Assembly: GCA_963803435.1 (NCBI GenBank)
Contig: CAWDML010000008.1
Span: 576,001 to 640,000 of the forward strand
Direction of reading: 5' to 3'
Length of the DNA stretch: 64,000 nt
Source: an uncultured delta proteobacterium
GTDB taxonomy: Bacteria; Myxococcota; Kuafuiibacteriia; Kuafuiibacteriales; Kuafuiibacteriaceae
In this document: positions 1-10,600 of the stretch, in pieces
How the letters are laid out: the number at the start of each line of letters is the position of its first letter
How positions within the stretch are numbered: the first letter of the stretch is position 1
The notes under the pieces: generated by a model
The model's database searches: none
Told to the model about the DNA's origin: nothing
What the model saw: only the letters and a program-made list of their open reading frames with translations
Program-made: the position numbers and the translations under genes

Positions 1-142
1 CGAGGCGATGGCGAGGCACAGCCAACCCCAGATCATCACCGGACGGTCGAAGCATCGTCACTTCGCGTCAACTGTTGCGTGAATCTTCATGGGGCGGCAG
101 GCGGACAACGGATGGTCGTCGATGTGCGATAACCGATCGGTC

Positions 143-1120
143 GTGGCTGCTTCCATCGCCCAGTCCCGCGCGGCGCGCGATACCGTCGTTGCGTCCCTGC
201 ACATCTGGGCGTTGAACGAGCACGGCCTGAAGAAGGTTGCCGGCATCATCGACCAGACGAAGCCGCACGAGGGCAACGGTCGGCTCAGCTTTCCCGAGGT
301 CACGTGGGCGCGGGCGGAGGTGGACAAGCTGGCCCGCGGCGAGCCGAACGCGTTCTCAGAGAAGGTGAGCGCCGAAGAGGTCGACGCGTTCGTCCGGGAC
401 TTCGGACGGCTGGAGGCCTTCTTCCAGGCGCCCATGAAGAACCTCGCCGAGATCCGGCGTCCGCCGCTGCTCCTGGGCAAGACGACCTACACGGACGTGT
501 TCGAGATCGACAACGGCATGAACCTCGACCGCGACCTCAGCACCATGCTCGAGGCGGGCTACGACGTCATCGGCGTCCGCGACGCCAAGCGGAAGAAGAA
601 CTACGTCGCGCTCAACCACCACGGCACGCTCAAGAACGTCAGCCGCGGTACCGAGGGCGTGCTGAAGACGCCGTACTTCGATCCGGTCAAGGTCATCTTC
701 GCGGAGGACATCAACAACGGGTTCTGGGAGGGCATCTGTCTCATCCCGCGGAGCGTCTTCCAGCTGATCTCCAACATCTTCTCCAACGGAAAGAACCGGG
801 TCATCCACGACGGCGAGCAGGGCGGAGACGCCGCCATCCGCGACGTCGCAGCAGCGGTGGCGCCGGCTACCGCGGTGATCCCGTCGCAGAGCGGCAACAG
901 TGTCCCCGGGTTGGTGCTGGCGGCGGCCATCGGCCTGGGCGCCGTCAACCTGAGCACGCTGGCGGCGACGGCGCCCGAAGCGGGCAAGGTTCTCCTCGTG
1001 GTGGCGACGCTGGGCACGATCTACAACGCGATCTTCGGTCGCTACTTCAGGACCCAGGATCCGTACTTCGTCCTCAACTTCGCCGGCGTGCAGCTCGCGA
1101 AGAAGGATCAGGTCGAGTAG
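143..1120 (+). CDS. Hypothetical protein with C-terminal hydrophobic hairpin and possible degenerate EF-hand-like motif
   Basis: ORF 89..1120 has GC3-biased codons, and GTG 143 is a plausible start (uncertain). It contains IDQTKPHEGNGRLSFPEV and two hydrophobic segments near the C-terminus. Confidence 0.7.
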   Translation: MAASIAQSRAARDTVVASLHIWALNEHGLKKVAGIIDQTKPHEGNGRLSFPEVTWARAEVDKLARGEPNAFSEKVSAEEVDAFVRDFGRLEAFFQAPMKNLAEIRRPPLLLGKTTYTDVFEIDNGMNLDRDLSTMLEAGYDVIGVRDAKRKKNYVALNHHGTLKNVSRGTEGVLKTPYFDPVKVIFAEDINNGFWEGICLIPRSVFQLISNIFSNGKNRVIHDGEQGGDAAIRDVAAAVAPATAVIPSQSGNSVPGLVLAAAIGLGAVNLSTLAATAPEAGKVLLVVATLGTIYNAIFGRYFRTQDPYFVLNFAGVQLAKKDQVE

Positions 1121-1123
1121 CCC

Positions 1124-1564
1124 TCAACCGCGCACCCGCAGGCTCTTCACGATCCCCAGCACTTCGGCGCGGATCGCCTCGAACGCGAGCCCGGCCGGCC
1201 CGATCCCCACCATCGTGTAGGCGGTGTCGCCATGGATGAAGAAGACGTGGATCTGCTGGGCGAGGCCGTGCTGGGGCGTGGCGAAACGGACGTCCCGTGC
1301 CAGCGCCGGCTCGTCCCCGATCTGGATCAGCTCCTCGCGGATGACGTCGATCTTCGGGAGCGAGCCGCGGAGCGCGGCCAGGTGTGCGGCGGCGAGCTCC
1401 TCGATCGTGAACGTTCCGTCGAACGGGGCGCGCGTGAGAACGAAGTTGCGGCCGAGCGTAGATGACGCTCTCTCCGTATCCTTTCGAACCAGCGTCAGAA
1501 CGCTGTGATCGGTCCACTCCGGCGGCACGTCGAGCTCGAGGACTCCGAAGCGCTGGATCGCCAT
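1124..1564 (-). CDS. DcrB-related / DUF1795 (Mog1p/PsbP-like) protein
   Basis: 3' part of ORF 1124..2722, starting MAIQRFGVLELDVPPEWTDHSV and containing NFVLTR and QQIHVF. Size (146 aa) and pattern fit DcrB/EagR-like proteins. Confidence 0.7.
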   Translation of the reverse strand: MAIQRFGVLELDVPPEWTDHSVLTLVRKDTERASSTLGRNFVLTRAPFDGTFTIEELAAAHLAALRGSLPKIDVIREELIQIGDEPALARDVRFATPQHGLAQQIHVFFIHGDTAYTMVGIGPAGLAFEAIRAEVLGIVKSLRVRG

Positions 1565-1657
1565 GGCGTTCACCCAGCCATGACCCGCGGCTTTGAGCAA
1601 GGCGATCGCGAGGTCTTTCTCCCGAGACCGATGCCTCGTATGATGGGCGCTTCCCCG

Positions 1658-2791
1658 ATGAGCAGCACGCAGAAGAGGGTCATGTTGGTTGCACCATCCT
1701 CGGATGATCGGCGTGACCTGGCGGCCGCTCTCCTCGACTTCGGGATGGACGTGGTCCTGGCGGACGACGCCGGGCGCGCGCTGCGCCAGCTGGGTGACGG
1801 CGTCGACGTCCTGATCCTCCACCAAGCGGAGCGCAAGCTCGCCTGCGAATCGCTGGCACGCCTGGCGGCCAGCAAACGCGCCGATCTCAGGCTGTTCGCG
1901 CTGGGGCGGGAGCCGTCGTGGCGGATCAACATCGCCGCCAGCACGCTGTCGACCTCCGGCAGCCAGGCGGCACAGGAGCTGGCTCGGCATCTCGGGATCG
2001 CCCAGGCGCCCGAGGGTCCTACGCTCTCGGCGGAGGCGCTCCTGTGGACGAGCCCTCGATCGTCGGTCCAGGTGATGCTGGCACGCCGTCAGGGAGACGG
2101 TCACGTCGCGTATCTGAGGACGCAGTGCGAGTGGGCGGATGACTGGCGCGACGCCTTCATCGCGGCGCTCAAGCGCGCCAAGGGCAGCGGGGTGCTGGCG
2201 CTGGAGCTGGCCTGGATCGACGACGTCGGCGTCAACGCGCTGGCGACGCTCCGCCCTGGTCGGTCCCTGCTCCAACAGACGGCGAGTCAGACCCTGTCGC
2301 TCGACGAGGCCGCCCCGATCGTGCGGGCACTGCTGGCGACGATGGACAAGATGCACCACGCCCGCGAGCCGTTCCTGTTCGGACCCGTGTCGGCCGGTCA
2401 GGTCTGGCTGGAGTCCGAGGGCCCGCGGTTCCTCTTCGCGGGCGCGACGCGCATCGCGTACAACTACGATCGTTCCCTGCGCGGCCGCTCCTATCCTCTG
2501 CTCAGCATCCCTGCCAGCGCCGAGGAGCTCCTCGGCAACGGCGGCAACCCGAGCTCGGACGTCTTCTATGCCGCGGTCCTGCTCTACGAGCTCCTGACCG
2601 GCTGCGAGCCGTTCCCGAAGCAGGCGGTGGCCGCGTATCTGGACGCGATCCGCTCGGGCAAGTTCCGCGACATCCACGTGTACGTGCCGGCCCTCGATCC
2701 CGACGTCGCCCGCGTCATTCACGCGGCGCTGTCGCCAGTGTCGGAGTCACGCCCCGACGTCGCCGATTTCGCCCGCGCCCTCGGTGGCTGA
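1658..2791 (+). CDS. Receiver-like domain fused to degenerate Ser/Thr kinase (pseudokinase)
   Basis: N-terminal RVMLVA...DVLIL is receiver-like. The kinase C-lobe SSDVFYAAVLLYELLTGCEPF...RPD is present, but HRD and DFG are absent. Confidence 0.7.
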   Translation: MSSTQKRVMLVAPSSDDRRDLAAALLDFGMDVVLADDAGRALRQLGDGVDVLILHQAERKLACESLARLAASKRADLRLFALGREPSWRINIAASTLSTSGSQAAQELARHLGIAQAPEGPTLSAEALLWTSPRSSVQVMLARRQGDGHVAYLRTQCEWADDWRDAFIAALKRAKGSGVLALELAWIDDVGVNALATLRPGRSLLQQTASQTLSLDEAAPIVRALLATMDKMHHAREPFLFGPVSAGQVWLESEGPRFLFAGATRIAYNYDRSLRGRSYPLLSIPASAEELLGNGGNPSSDVFYAAVLLYELLTGCEPFPKQAVAAYLDAIRSGKFRDIHVYVPALDPDVARVIHAALSPVSESRPDVADFARALGG

Positions 2792-2854
2792 ACCTGGCGC
2801 AACGCGTCAGGCGCGTGGTGTCCGCTTCGTCACGCCGTCCTCGGTACTCTTGGT

Positions 2855-3130
2855 ATGAGACCGAACGACACAGTCTTGGTCGGGGGTGATTGGGTCCTCG
2901 TCGAGAGCGATCGGCGAGCCCGTGTCACGCTGGTGCCATCGAAGGACGTCTGGTTGACGTACTACCCGTCTGGCCGCCAGCCGCCTCGAAGGACGCTGTC
3001 CATCAAGCTGCCGGCGCGCTCGCGGTCGAGCTTCGCCACCCGCTCCGCCGAGGAAGGGATCTGGCTGAGGACCGACGATGCGGCCTCGATCGCCGTCGCG
3101 GTCGATCGCGACGAGCTCCGCCTGAGCTGA
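2855..3130 (+). CDS. Hypothetical protein (91 aa)
   Basis: ATG-started ORF with coding-like codon usage that fills the gap between genes. Confidence 0.55.
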   Translation: MRPNDTVLVGGDWVLVESDRRARVTLVPSKDVWLTYYPSGRQPPRRTLSIKLPARSRSSFATRSAEEGIWLRTDDAASIAVAVDRDELRLS

Positions 3131-3133
3131 GCC

Positions 3134-3808
3134 TCAATCCCCCACCATCGCCGCCGGGAGCCGCGGCTTGATCTCGAGCCCCCCACCCGGCCGCAGCGTC
3201 AGCTGATATACCTGCCGCTTCACCACTTCGACGTGCGGCGCTTCGCCTTGAGCGACGCGAACCCCGTTCTCCCGAGCGAGGCCGGGATCGTTGGCGTAGC
3301 GCCAGAAGCGCGACCAGATCTCCCGCTCGAAGTCGGAGGGGAGCGCGTCGACCGCGGCCACCGCCGGGATCAAACCGGACGGATCCGAGGCGAACAGGGG
3401 GACGCCGTCAACCGGACGCTGGGCGTCGCCGAAGGCGCGGCGGAACATGAACAGGCTCCTCCCGCGAAGGCCGTCGCCGGCGTCGACGAAGCGGCGCTCG
3501 AACTTGACCACCAGGGCGTCGATGTAGACCTCGCGGCCGGGGAGGGTCATCGTCTTCTTGAAGACCGGTTCCTCCGTCCCGGGCGCATACTGTACGAAGG
3601 TGACGGTGGAGGAGCCTTCGCCGACGTCGTCCACACGCAGATCCGCCACCAGGTTCTCCGACCAGAGCCGATCGAGCTTCTGCTCCAGGGAGGCGATGAT
3701 GCGCTGCTGCTCGGCGATCACGCGCTCGCGCTCGAACCACTGCCATCCGAACCAGGCGCCGGTGCCGGCGATTGCGAGGAGGGCGAGGGAGAAGACGAAC
3801 CGCTGCAT
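3134..3808 (-). CDS. Membrane-anchored hypothetical protein
   Basis: MQRFVFSLALLAIAGTGAWFGWQW anchor followed by a short coiled coil. The start overlaps the upstream stop (TGATG). Confidence 0.75.
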   Translation of the reverse strand: MQRFVFSLALLAIAGTGAWFGWQWFERERVIAEQQRIIASLEQKLDRLWSENLVADLRVDDVGEGSSTVTFVQYAPGTEEPVFKKTMTLPGREVYIDALVVKFERRFVDAGDGLRGRSLFMFRRAFGDAQRPVDGVPLFASDPSGLIPAVAAVDALPSDFEREIWSRFWRYANDPGLARENGVRVAQGEAPHVEVVKRQVYQLTLRPGGGLEIKPRLPAAMVGD

Positions 3809-4470
3809 CAGCGCTCGTGCTCTAGATACGCGACCAGCTTCTCCGGGGCAACGACCACCTGGAAGCCGCGGGCGCCGCTCGAGGCGAGGAGCGTGCGCCA
3901 CCCGTCGAGCCGCTCGCGATAGGTCCGCGGATCTGCGTTGTCGAGCCGGAGCTTCTTGACGTTCATCGCCAAGATCTCGATGCCGTCCAGCTGGCCGTTG
4001 CCGAGCTCGCGCGCGATGCCCGGGGGTAGCTCCTCCTTCATGTCGCTGAACACGATGATCACCTTGTGGGCCGCGCCCGTGTCGGCGAGGTGCTCGCCGC
4101 ACAACATCATGGCGCCGCGGATGTCCGTGTAGCGAGATCGGTCGGTCCTCGCCGCGAACGCCTCGAGCTCGCTCAGGAACGCCAGCTTCTGGGCGTGAGC
4201 GCGCGAGGGCTTCTGATCCAGGTTGAGCGTGGCCACGATGTTGGAGCGCTCGTAGCTCTCGCTGTCGATCCGTCCCAGGATCAGGTGGTCGCCGGGCAGC
4301 ATCTCGGGGAGGAGGGCCGTCCGGACGATGCGCACCACATCGGCGCGCTGATCCGCGTAGGTCCCGGACTCGTCCACCAGCGCGCAGGTGGCCTGGGCGT
4401 ACTCCCGCCCGTCGGTACAGGCGGCGGCGGCGGCCGCACACGCGATCGAGAGCAGCGCTGCGCGCCTCAT
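3808..4470 (-). CDS. VWA-domain lipoprotein
   Basis: Lipobox-like AAAC, MIDAS-like LVDESGTY, TDIRGA and IIVFSDM. Confidence 0.8.
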   Translation of the reverse strand: MRRAALLSIACAAAAAACTDGREYAQATCALVDESGTYADQRADVVRIVRTALLPEMLPGDHLILGRIDSESYERSNIVATLNLDQKPSRAHAQKLAFLSELEAFAARTDRSRYTDIRGAMMLCGEHLADTGAAHKVIIVFSDMKEELPPGIARELGNGQLDGIEILAMNVKKLRLDNADPRTYRERLDGWRTLLASSGARGFQVVVAPEKLVAYLEHER

Positions 4471-5885
4471 GTCCGCACCTTCTCGCGAACCGAGTGCGCC
4501 GGCTGCGGTGATCGCGCCGGCTGGCCTGAGCCCTTGAAGAGCCGCATCAGCTGCTCCGGGAGCACCACGTAGACGTCGAGGAGCGCCAGCACCGCCCGCG
4601 TCGAGTAGCGGATCACGTGGGCGATGCCGCGGAGGACCAGGCCGATCGCCCGGAGGCCCAGCGCCAGCAGTCCGGTGAGGAGCGGTCGCACGGTCTGGAT
4701 GAGCATCTCCAGGGGCATCGCGATCAGGCCCAGGATCCAGGGCAGCACGAAGCCGAGGACGGCCTGTCCGATCACCGTCACCTCCGACCAGCCGGCGGCC
4801 GAGGTCGTCTGTCCCGCCATCGCCGCGCGCAGCGCGACCTCGGACTCAGCGATGTGCTCGCGGAGCACGGCCAGCGAGGCCTCGATCGAGGAGAGGACCA
4901 GGAGGCCCGTGAGCGCGACGAAGAAGATCATGCGCCGCTGCCCCGAGCCGAGGCGACCGATCTTCGGGATCAGCTCGGTGATCCCGAGCGCGTCGAACAT
5001 GAAGACACCGGCCGTCATCTCCATCGTGACCAGGACGACCGCCGCGAACGTCGATACCGGCACCGAGGCGATACGCGCGCCCGACGGCACCAGCTCCGAC
5101 ATCGGGAGCGCGATCAGCTGGAAGTTCACGAACACGCCGGAGGCCGCTACCGTCGTGATCAAGAGCGCCACCAGGAAGCGGCCGAACAGATCGAAGCTGA
5201 GGACCCGCGGTCCTTCCTTTCGAGCCAGCGCTTCGAAGCGATCCATGTATCGATCGACCTTCGTCGAGGTCTCGAGCGCACGCTCGACGGCCTTGAGGAG
5301 ATCGGTCCCGGTGGTCTTGAGCTCGCGGACACGGGGCAGCATGCTGCTGAGGATCTGGTGCCGCTTGGACGTGGCCGTCCGATAGATCTTGAGCGAGCGC
5401 TCCTCCGACTTCTGGGCGGCGTTCTTCATCGCCTCCAGGATGGAGCGGCCCTGACCGTCGGCGAGCTTGGGCATCTCGGAGACGGCGCGCATGGCCTCGG
5501 GCCAACCGGGGAGCGACGGCGGTGCGTCGGCCGACTGGGCGACGTCGTTCTCGATCTCACCGATCGCGTCCGACAAGCGCCGGTGCAGCGTCGGGTAGGT
5601 TCGCAGCTCCTTGGCAAAGCCGTGCTCGAGGCGGACCAGCTCGCGCTCCAGCTTCTTCTCCACCTCACCCTGGGAGGCCTCCATCAGCAGGGCCCGATTC
5701 CTGCGCTCCAGGTCGGCGGCGCTCTTTTGGCACCAGCGGGCCGCGATCTTGAAGGGGCCCTTCAGCGCGGCGCCGAAGGCTCGGATGAGCTGCTGCATCG
5801 GGGTGCGTGCGGCGTAGAGAAAGAACTGACCGAGTACGACACCCACGATGATGATGCGCCAGTGATGGGTCCAGAGATCACTCAC
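4467..5885 (-). CDS. Multi-pass membrane protein with long cytoplasmic coiled-coil region
   Basis: 3' part of ORF 4467..6812 from GTG 5885. N-terminal TM, helical region, then several TMs (VNFQLIALPMSEL, LGFVLPWILG). Coupled to the VWA gene (ATGA). Confidence 0.75.
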   Translation of the reverse strand: MSDLWTHHWRIIIVGVVLGQFFLYAARTPMQQLIRAFGAALKGPFKIAARWCQKSAADLERRNRALLMEASQGEVEKKLERELVRLEHGFAKELRTYPTLHRRLSDAIGEIENDVAQSADAPPSLPGWPEAMRAVSEMPKLADGQGRSILEAMKNAAQKSEERSLKIYRTATSKRHQILSSMLPRVRELKTTGTDLLKAVERALETSTKVDRYMDRFEALARKEGPRVLSFDLFGRFLVALLITTVAASGVFVNFQLIALPMSELVPSGARIASVPVSTFAAVVLVTMEMTAGVFMFDALGITELIPKIGRLGSGQRRMIFFVALTGLLVLSSIEASLAVLREHIAESEVALRAAMAGQTTSAAGWSEVTVIGQAVLGFVLPWILGLIAMPLEMLIQTVRPLLTGLLALGLRAIGLVLRGIAHVIRYSTRAVLALLDVYVVLPEQLMRLFKGSGQPARSPQPAHSVREKVRT

Positions 5886-5942
5886 GCAAGGACCACCGGA
5901 TTCCTCGGTCCGATCCGGACACGGGGGTATACTCCGCGGGCC

Positions 5943-7001
5943 GTGGGCGGTTCTTCGGACGAGCTCTCCGATCCGCTCGAGCTGTACGACGACCTGGTCA
6001 TGGCGGGGACACCTCCGGATCCGGAGGCGTTCTGCTCGGACTATCCGGAGCATTCGGATCTCCCGGCGCGCATCCGCGCCCTCGAGGCGCTCCGAGCCGA
6101 GCTCGACGGGATCGGCCGAGACCTGGGACGGACCCCGGTGGAGTGGCCCTCCGAGATCGGAGGCTTTCGGCTGAAGAAGCGCCTCGGCCAGGGCGGGATG
6201 GGCGTCGTCTTCATCGGCGAGAACATCCAGACCAAGCAGACCTGCGCGGTGAAGCTCCTGGCGTCGCGGTCGGCGCTGGCGCTCGAGCGGTTTCGCCGCG
6301 AGGCCCGCGTGATCGAAGGCCTCTCGCATCCCGGAATCCCGATCGCGTACGGCTTCGGCGTCGTCGGTGGTCAGGCGTTCCTCGCCACCGAGCTCCTCTC
6401 GGGGACCAGCCTGGCCGCGCTCCTCGAGGAGTCGCACGGGATGACGCCGGTGCGATCGAAGAAGCCGATGACCGCGCCGCCGCGCAACCTCCTGCCCATG
6501 GATCTCGCCGGCATCGTGCGGATCGCGCACGCGGTCGCCGCCACGCTCGAGCATGCCCACCAGAAGGGCGTGATCCACCGCGACGTGAAGCCGGCCAACA
6601 TCATGCTGACGGAGAACGGCAGCACGAAGTTGATCGACTTCGGTCTCGCGTTCGCGGCGGCGCCCGGGGAGCGGCTCACCAAGACAGGCACCTTCCTGGG
6701 CTCGCCGGCGTACGCCGCGCCCGAGCAGCTTCGCGGCGCGCAGAGCGAGATCGGGCCCTGGACCGACACCTACTCGCTGGGGGCCACGCTCTTCGAGCTG
6801 CTCACGCACCACCGGCCGTTCGGCGACAGCAAGCGGGCGTCCGAGCGGGAGAAGCTCCCCTGCACCGCGCGCGACTATAACTCGCAGGTACCGCGGTCGC
6901 TCGAGCGGATCGTCAAGAAGGCGCTGGCAGCCGCGCCCAAGAGGCGCTACCGCGACGGCGGCGAGCTGGCCCGGGCGCTCGGCAAGTGGTTGGGCGTGTG
7001 A
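5943..7001 (+). CDS. Ser/Thr protein kinase (ECF-associated type)
   Basis: LGQGGMGVV, AVK, HRDVKPAN, DFG and APE motifs. The N-terminal GTPPDPEAFCSDYP helix pair resembles ECF-linked kinases. Confidence 0.9.
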   Translation: MGGSSDELSDPLELYDDLVMAGTPPDPEAFCSDYPEHSDLPARIRALEALRAELDGIGRDLGRTPVEWPSEIGGFRLKKRLGQGGMGVVFIGENIQTKQTCAVKLLASRSALALERFRREARVIEGLSHPGIPIAYGFGVVGGQAFLATELLSGTSLAALLEESHGMTPVRSKKPMTAPPRNLLPMDLAGIVRIAHAVAATLEHAHQKGVIHRDVKPANIMLTENGSTKLIDFGLAFAAAPGERLTKTGTFLGSPAYAAPEQLRGAQSEIGPWTDTYSLGATLFELLTHHRPFGDSKRASEREKLPCTARDYNSQVPRSLERIVKKALAAAPKRRYRDGGELARALGKWLGV

Positions 7002-7004
7002 TCG

Positions 7005-7607
7005 TCAGCCGTCGGCCGCCGGCGCCTTCATCGACAGGAGCTTCGTGCGTGCGCGCGTGATCAGCTTGCGAGCGGCCTCGGGCGTGCAGTCGAGCGTGTC
7101 GCCGATCTCCTTGTGGCTGTAGCCCATGTGGTGAAGGAGCAGCGCGGTCCGGTATTCGGGCTTCAGCTCGCCGATCTGGGAGAGCAGGGCGTCGAAGCGC
7201 TGCTGGTCGTCGTATCTCGACTCCGGCGAGCGGCGCTCCTCGGCGACGCGATCGAGCACGCTGCCCCCGAGCTCCGGTGCGGCGCGCTTCTGGGCGGCGT
7301 GGTGGCGGTGGTGATCGACGACCTCGGCCTGCGCCAGCCTGCGGATCCAGGCGGCGAAGGCGGGCCGTCCCCGGAAGTCGTGCACGTCGAGCGCCGCCAG
7401 GATCTTGATCGCGGCCGCCTGCTGCAGGTCGACGCTCTCCTCGCGCTCGCGGAGCCGCTCGCCCATCCGGCGTTTGGCCGCGCGGACCGCATCGCGGATC
7501 ACCGGCCAGTAGCGCTGGATGAGCTCGTTCTGCGCCTCACGGTCGCCTCTGGCCGCCGACTGGATCAGCTCCTCGAGGGCCTCCGACTCTGTCGATCGAT
7601 CGCCCAC
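7005..7607 (-). CDS. ECF sigma-70 family RNA polymerase sigma factor
   Basis: Region 2 (GDREAQNELIQRY...AWIRRLA) and region 4 (LKPEYRTALLL...SHKEIG...RAR). Confidence 0.9.
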   Translation of the reverse strand: MGDRSTESEALEELIQSAARGDREAQNELIQRYWPVIRDAVRAAKRRMGERLREREESVDLQQAAAIKILAALDVHDFRGRPAFAAWIRRLAQAEVVDHHRHHAAQKRAAPELGGSVLDRVAEERRSPESRYDDQQRFDALLSQIGELKPEYRTALLLHHMGYSHKEIGDTLDCTPEAARKLITRARTKLLSMKAPAADG

Positions 7608-7633
7608 CCGTCACGGCCGACGGTACCCCAACC

Positions 7634-10600
7634 CTACGGAAGACACACCACCTGGTAGGTGATCTCGATGCTGGCACCGTCGGGAGGCACGCCGTTGCCG
7701 TGGAAGGCGACGCTGTTGGAGGCCGCATCGTACGTCCAGCCGTCCGTTGCGCCCTGGGGCACGGTGGCACCGCCCACGCGCACGGTGATCGTGCCGGGCT
7801 CGGCCTCTCGCGAGAGGGGCCAGGAGGTACGGCGCGTGAACGCATCGAACCCGATGTTCATCAGCATATTGGTCCACGACTGGGCGCAGATGGACTCGAA
7901 CTGTCCGTTGAGCGAGAGCGCTGCCATCTGGTAGCGCGCGCCCGCGTCGGCCGTGGGACAGCCGTTGGGGACGTCGCCGGCGATCGCCGAGACCGACACC
8001 AGGTTCTCGTCCCCCTTGATGTTGCGGAAGAACGTCGCGTAGGACTCGACCGGTCCGTCCGATTGATCCTCCTCGTCGGAAACGATGATCACCGCGAGCG
8101 AGGCGTCGAAGCGCAAAAAGCCGGCGTTCTCGTGATCCACCAGCGGCGTCGAGAGCGCGAGCTTGGCGGCGCCCAGGCCCGCCTCCTTCTCGCCCGAGCT
8201 CCCCTCGTTCGGCGGCAGGTTGCCGTTCGGCGGGTTGGACACGGCCACCGCGCACTCGAACGCAGGCACGCGGTTCGGATCGGTGGAGCGGATGATCTTG
8301 TCGAAGCCGTTGCAGGCCCAGATCTTCCCGGCGCTGTCGAGGTTGTTCACCTCGGTCGTGGTGACGGCGGTTTGATAGTCGATCCCGAGCGAGTCGGCGA
8401 ATCCGATGAAGGTGGCGAAGTTCTGGGCGAGGAGCGCCTGCTCTTCCTCCATCGAGCCCGAGTCGTCGACGACCCAGAGGATGTCCACCATGTTTCCGCT
8501 GGTCTGGTTGAAGACGTCCGTCTGCACCGCGTTGTTCCTGCCTTCGCCGTCGAGCGGCACCGCGATCACTCCCGGAGCGACCGCGTTCGAGATCAACAGC
8601 GTGCCCACGTGGTCGCTGGGGGAGGCGCGCGTGGGGAAGAACCGCAGAGAGACCGAGAGCGACTCTCCCGGCGTCAAGAGCAGGTTCCGGTAGGGCGCCG
8701 ACAGCAGCGACTGGTTCTGCCGGACCTCGGTGATCTGGAACAGCGAGTCGGAGTCGGGCGTCTCCTCGACGGCGCTGATCGCGAGATCGTCCGTCCCGGT
8801 GCTGTAGATCGAAAGCGAGCGAACCCGAGAGCCGCAGCTGCTCCGGTTGTCAGGCGGCTGCGGGTTGTCCCAAGTGACGATCCCGAAGTCGAGCTCGCGC
8901 GGGGTCACCTCGATCGCAGGCTCGAGCGGCTCGCCGGCCTCGAGCGAGATCTCCCAGTCCGGTTTGGTGAGGCCCGGGCCGGACAGCGTGATCTCCAGCC
9001 GGTTGAAGATCGGCAGCGTGTTCGGACCCACGCTGCCTTCGGAGGTGTACGTGACGTCGACCGTGGTCTCCTCGCCGGGATGGATCACGCTCGGCAGCGC
9101 CTGCGGGACGGCCTCGAAGAGCGGGTTCCCGAACGGGAAGTCGTACACCGCCTGGTAGCGGACCAGCGTGCAGTCGTCGCCGCCGCGGTTCCTGATCCGG
9201 ACCGAGCGCGTCCGCATCTGGCCGGTGGGGAGCACGCCGAACGAGAGCATGCCGTCGCCGAACGGCGTGTTGCCCGAAGGCCGGACCTCGACCTCGCAGC
9301 CGGCCGGTCCGCCGGCGATGGCGGCCAGCGAGACCGGAGCCACCTCGGTCACTCCGTCGGCGAGCGCGGAGATCTCGAAGCTGGATCGGTGCATCGTCGA
9401 GGCGATGTCCGCGGGTGCCGCGAATGCGATCGTGATCGGCAGCGTGTTCCCCGAATCGATCACCAGGGGGAGGGCCGGCTTGCCCTCGATGGCGAACCCG
9501 TCGCTCGGATCGGTGATCGCGGTGACCTGACAGCTGCGGGCGCCGCTGTTGGACACCAGCACGTTCCGCATCCCGACGGTCCCACCCGGTACCACGCCAA
9601 AGTCCACCGCGTTGGGCAGCACCTCGAGATCGCACCCGACGGTGTTGCCGGCCAGCGGGACCCAGAAGGTGCGCGGCGGCGAGGATTGCTCGATGCGGAG
9701 GCCGCCGGTATGGGCGGCCGTGTCGCCGGGGCGATACTGGAGCGTGCCGTCGACGGACTGGCCGGGGTCGAGGAGAGCGCCCTGAAACGGCGTCTCGATC
9801 GTGAACGTGGCGTCGGTGAAGTAGGGGCTCGACGGATCGATCTCGAGCTCCGCCTTTACCAGTCCAACAGCGTCGGTGCCGCACGATTGGAGCCTGACAT
9901 CGATCGAGCGGGCCGTCCCCGCAGCCACGGTACCGAAGTCGATCGTGCTCGCCGGAGTGCAGCGTCCGCCGTCGACGATGCAGGTGCAGAGCGCCGCGCC
10001 CGCGCCGCGCCCGCGGAGCGGTACCTCGACGTTGCCTGCGCCCTCGCCGGCGTTGGCGACGATGACGAGCGTCCCGGTGTCGTCGCCGCCGTCCTCGGGT
10101 GCATACGCGACGTGGACCGTCAGCGACTGGCCGCCTGCGAGCACCGGACAGATGGGCGTCCGAGTGCAGCGGGCGCCGGTGGGGACGTCGCTCGCCTCGG
10201 CCGCACAGAGCTCCGCCGACGTGGAGACGATGCGGAGTGCGTCCAGCGCGACCGTGCCGCGCCCGGCGTTTTCGATCACCACCTCCTCGGTCTTCGAGTC
10301 GCCGATCGCGACGCTGCCAAAGTCGACCTCAGGCGGCGACACTTTCAGCAGACCCGGTCCGGCGACCAGCCCGATCCGGATCTCCGGCCGCTCCGGATCG
10401 TCGGAGCGGATCACCAGATCGAGCTCCTCGACCCGGTCGTCGATCGGGGTATAGGTGACGCGGAGCTGCGCTCCGGGAGCCTCCGGCCCCTCCGACGGGA
10501 TCACCGCGGGAAGCGCGACGGGGGCTCCGTCGCGCTCGAGGGCGACCGCGATGTCGTCGCTGGGGGCGGAGAGCTCGGCCGACGCGATCGTCACCGAGAC

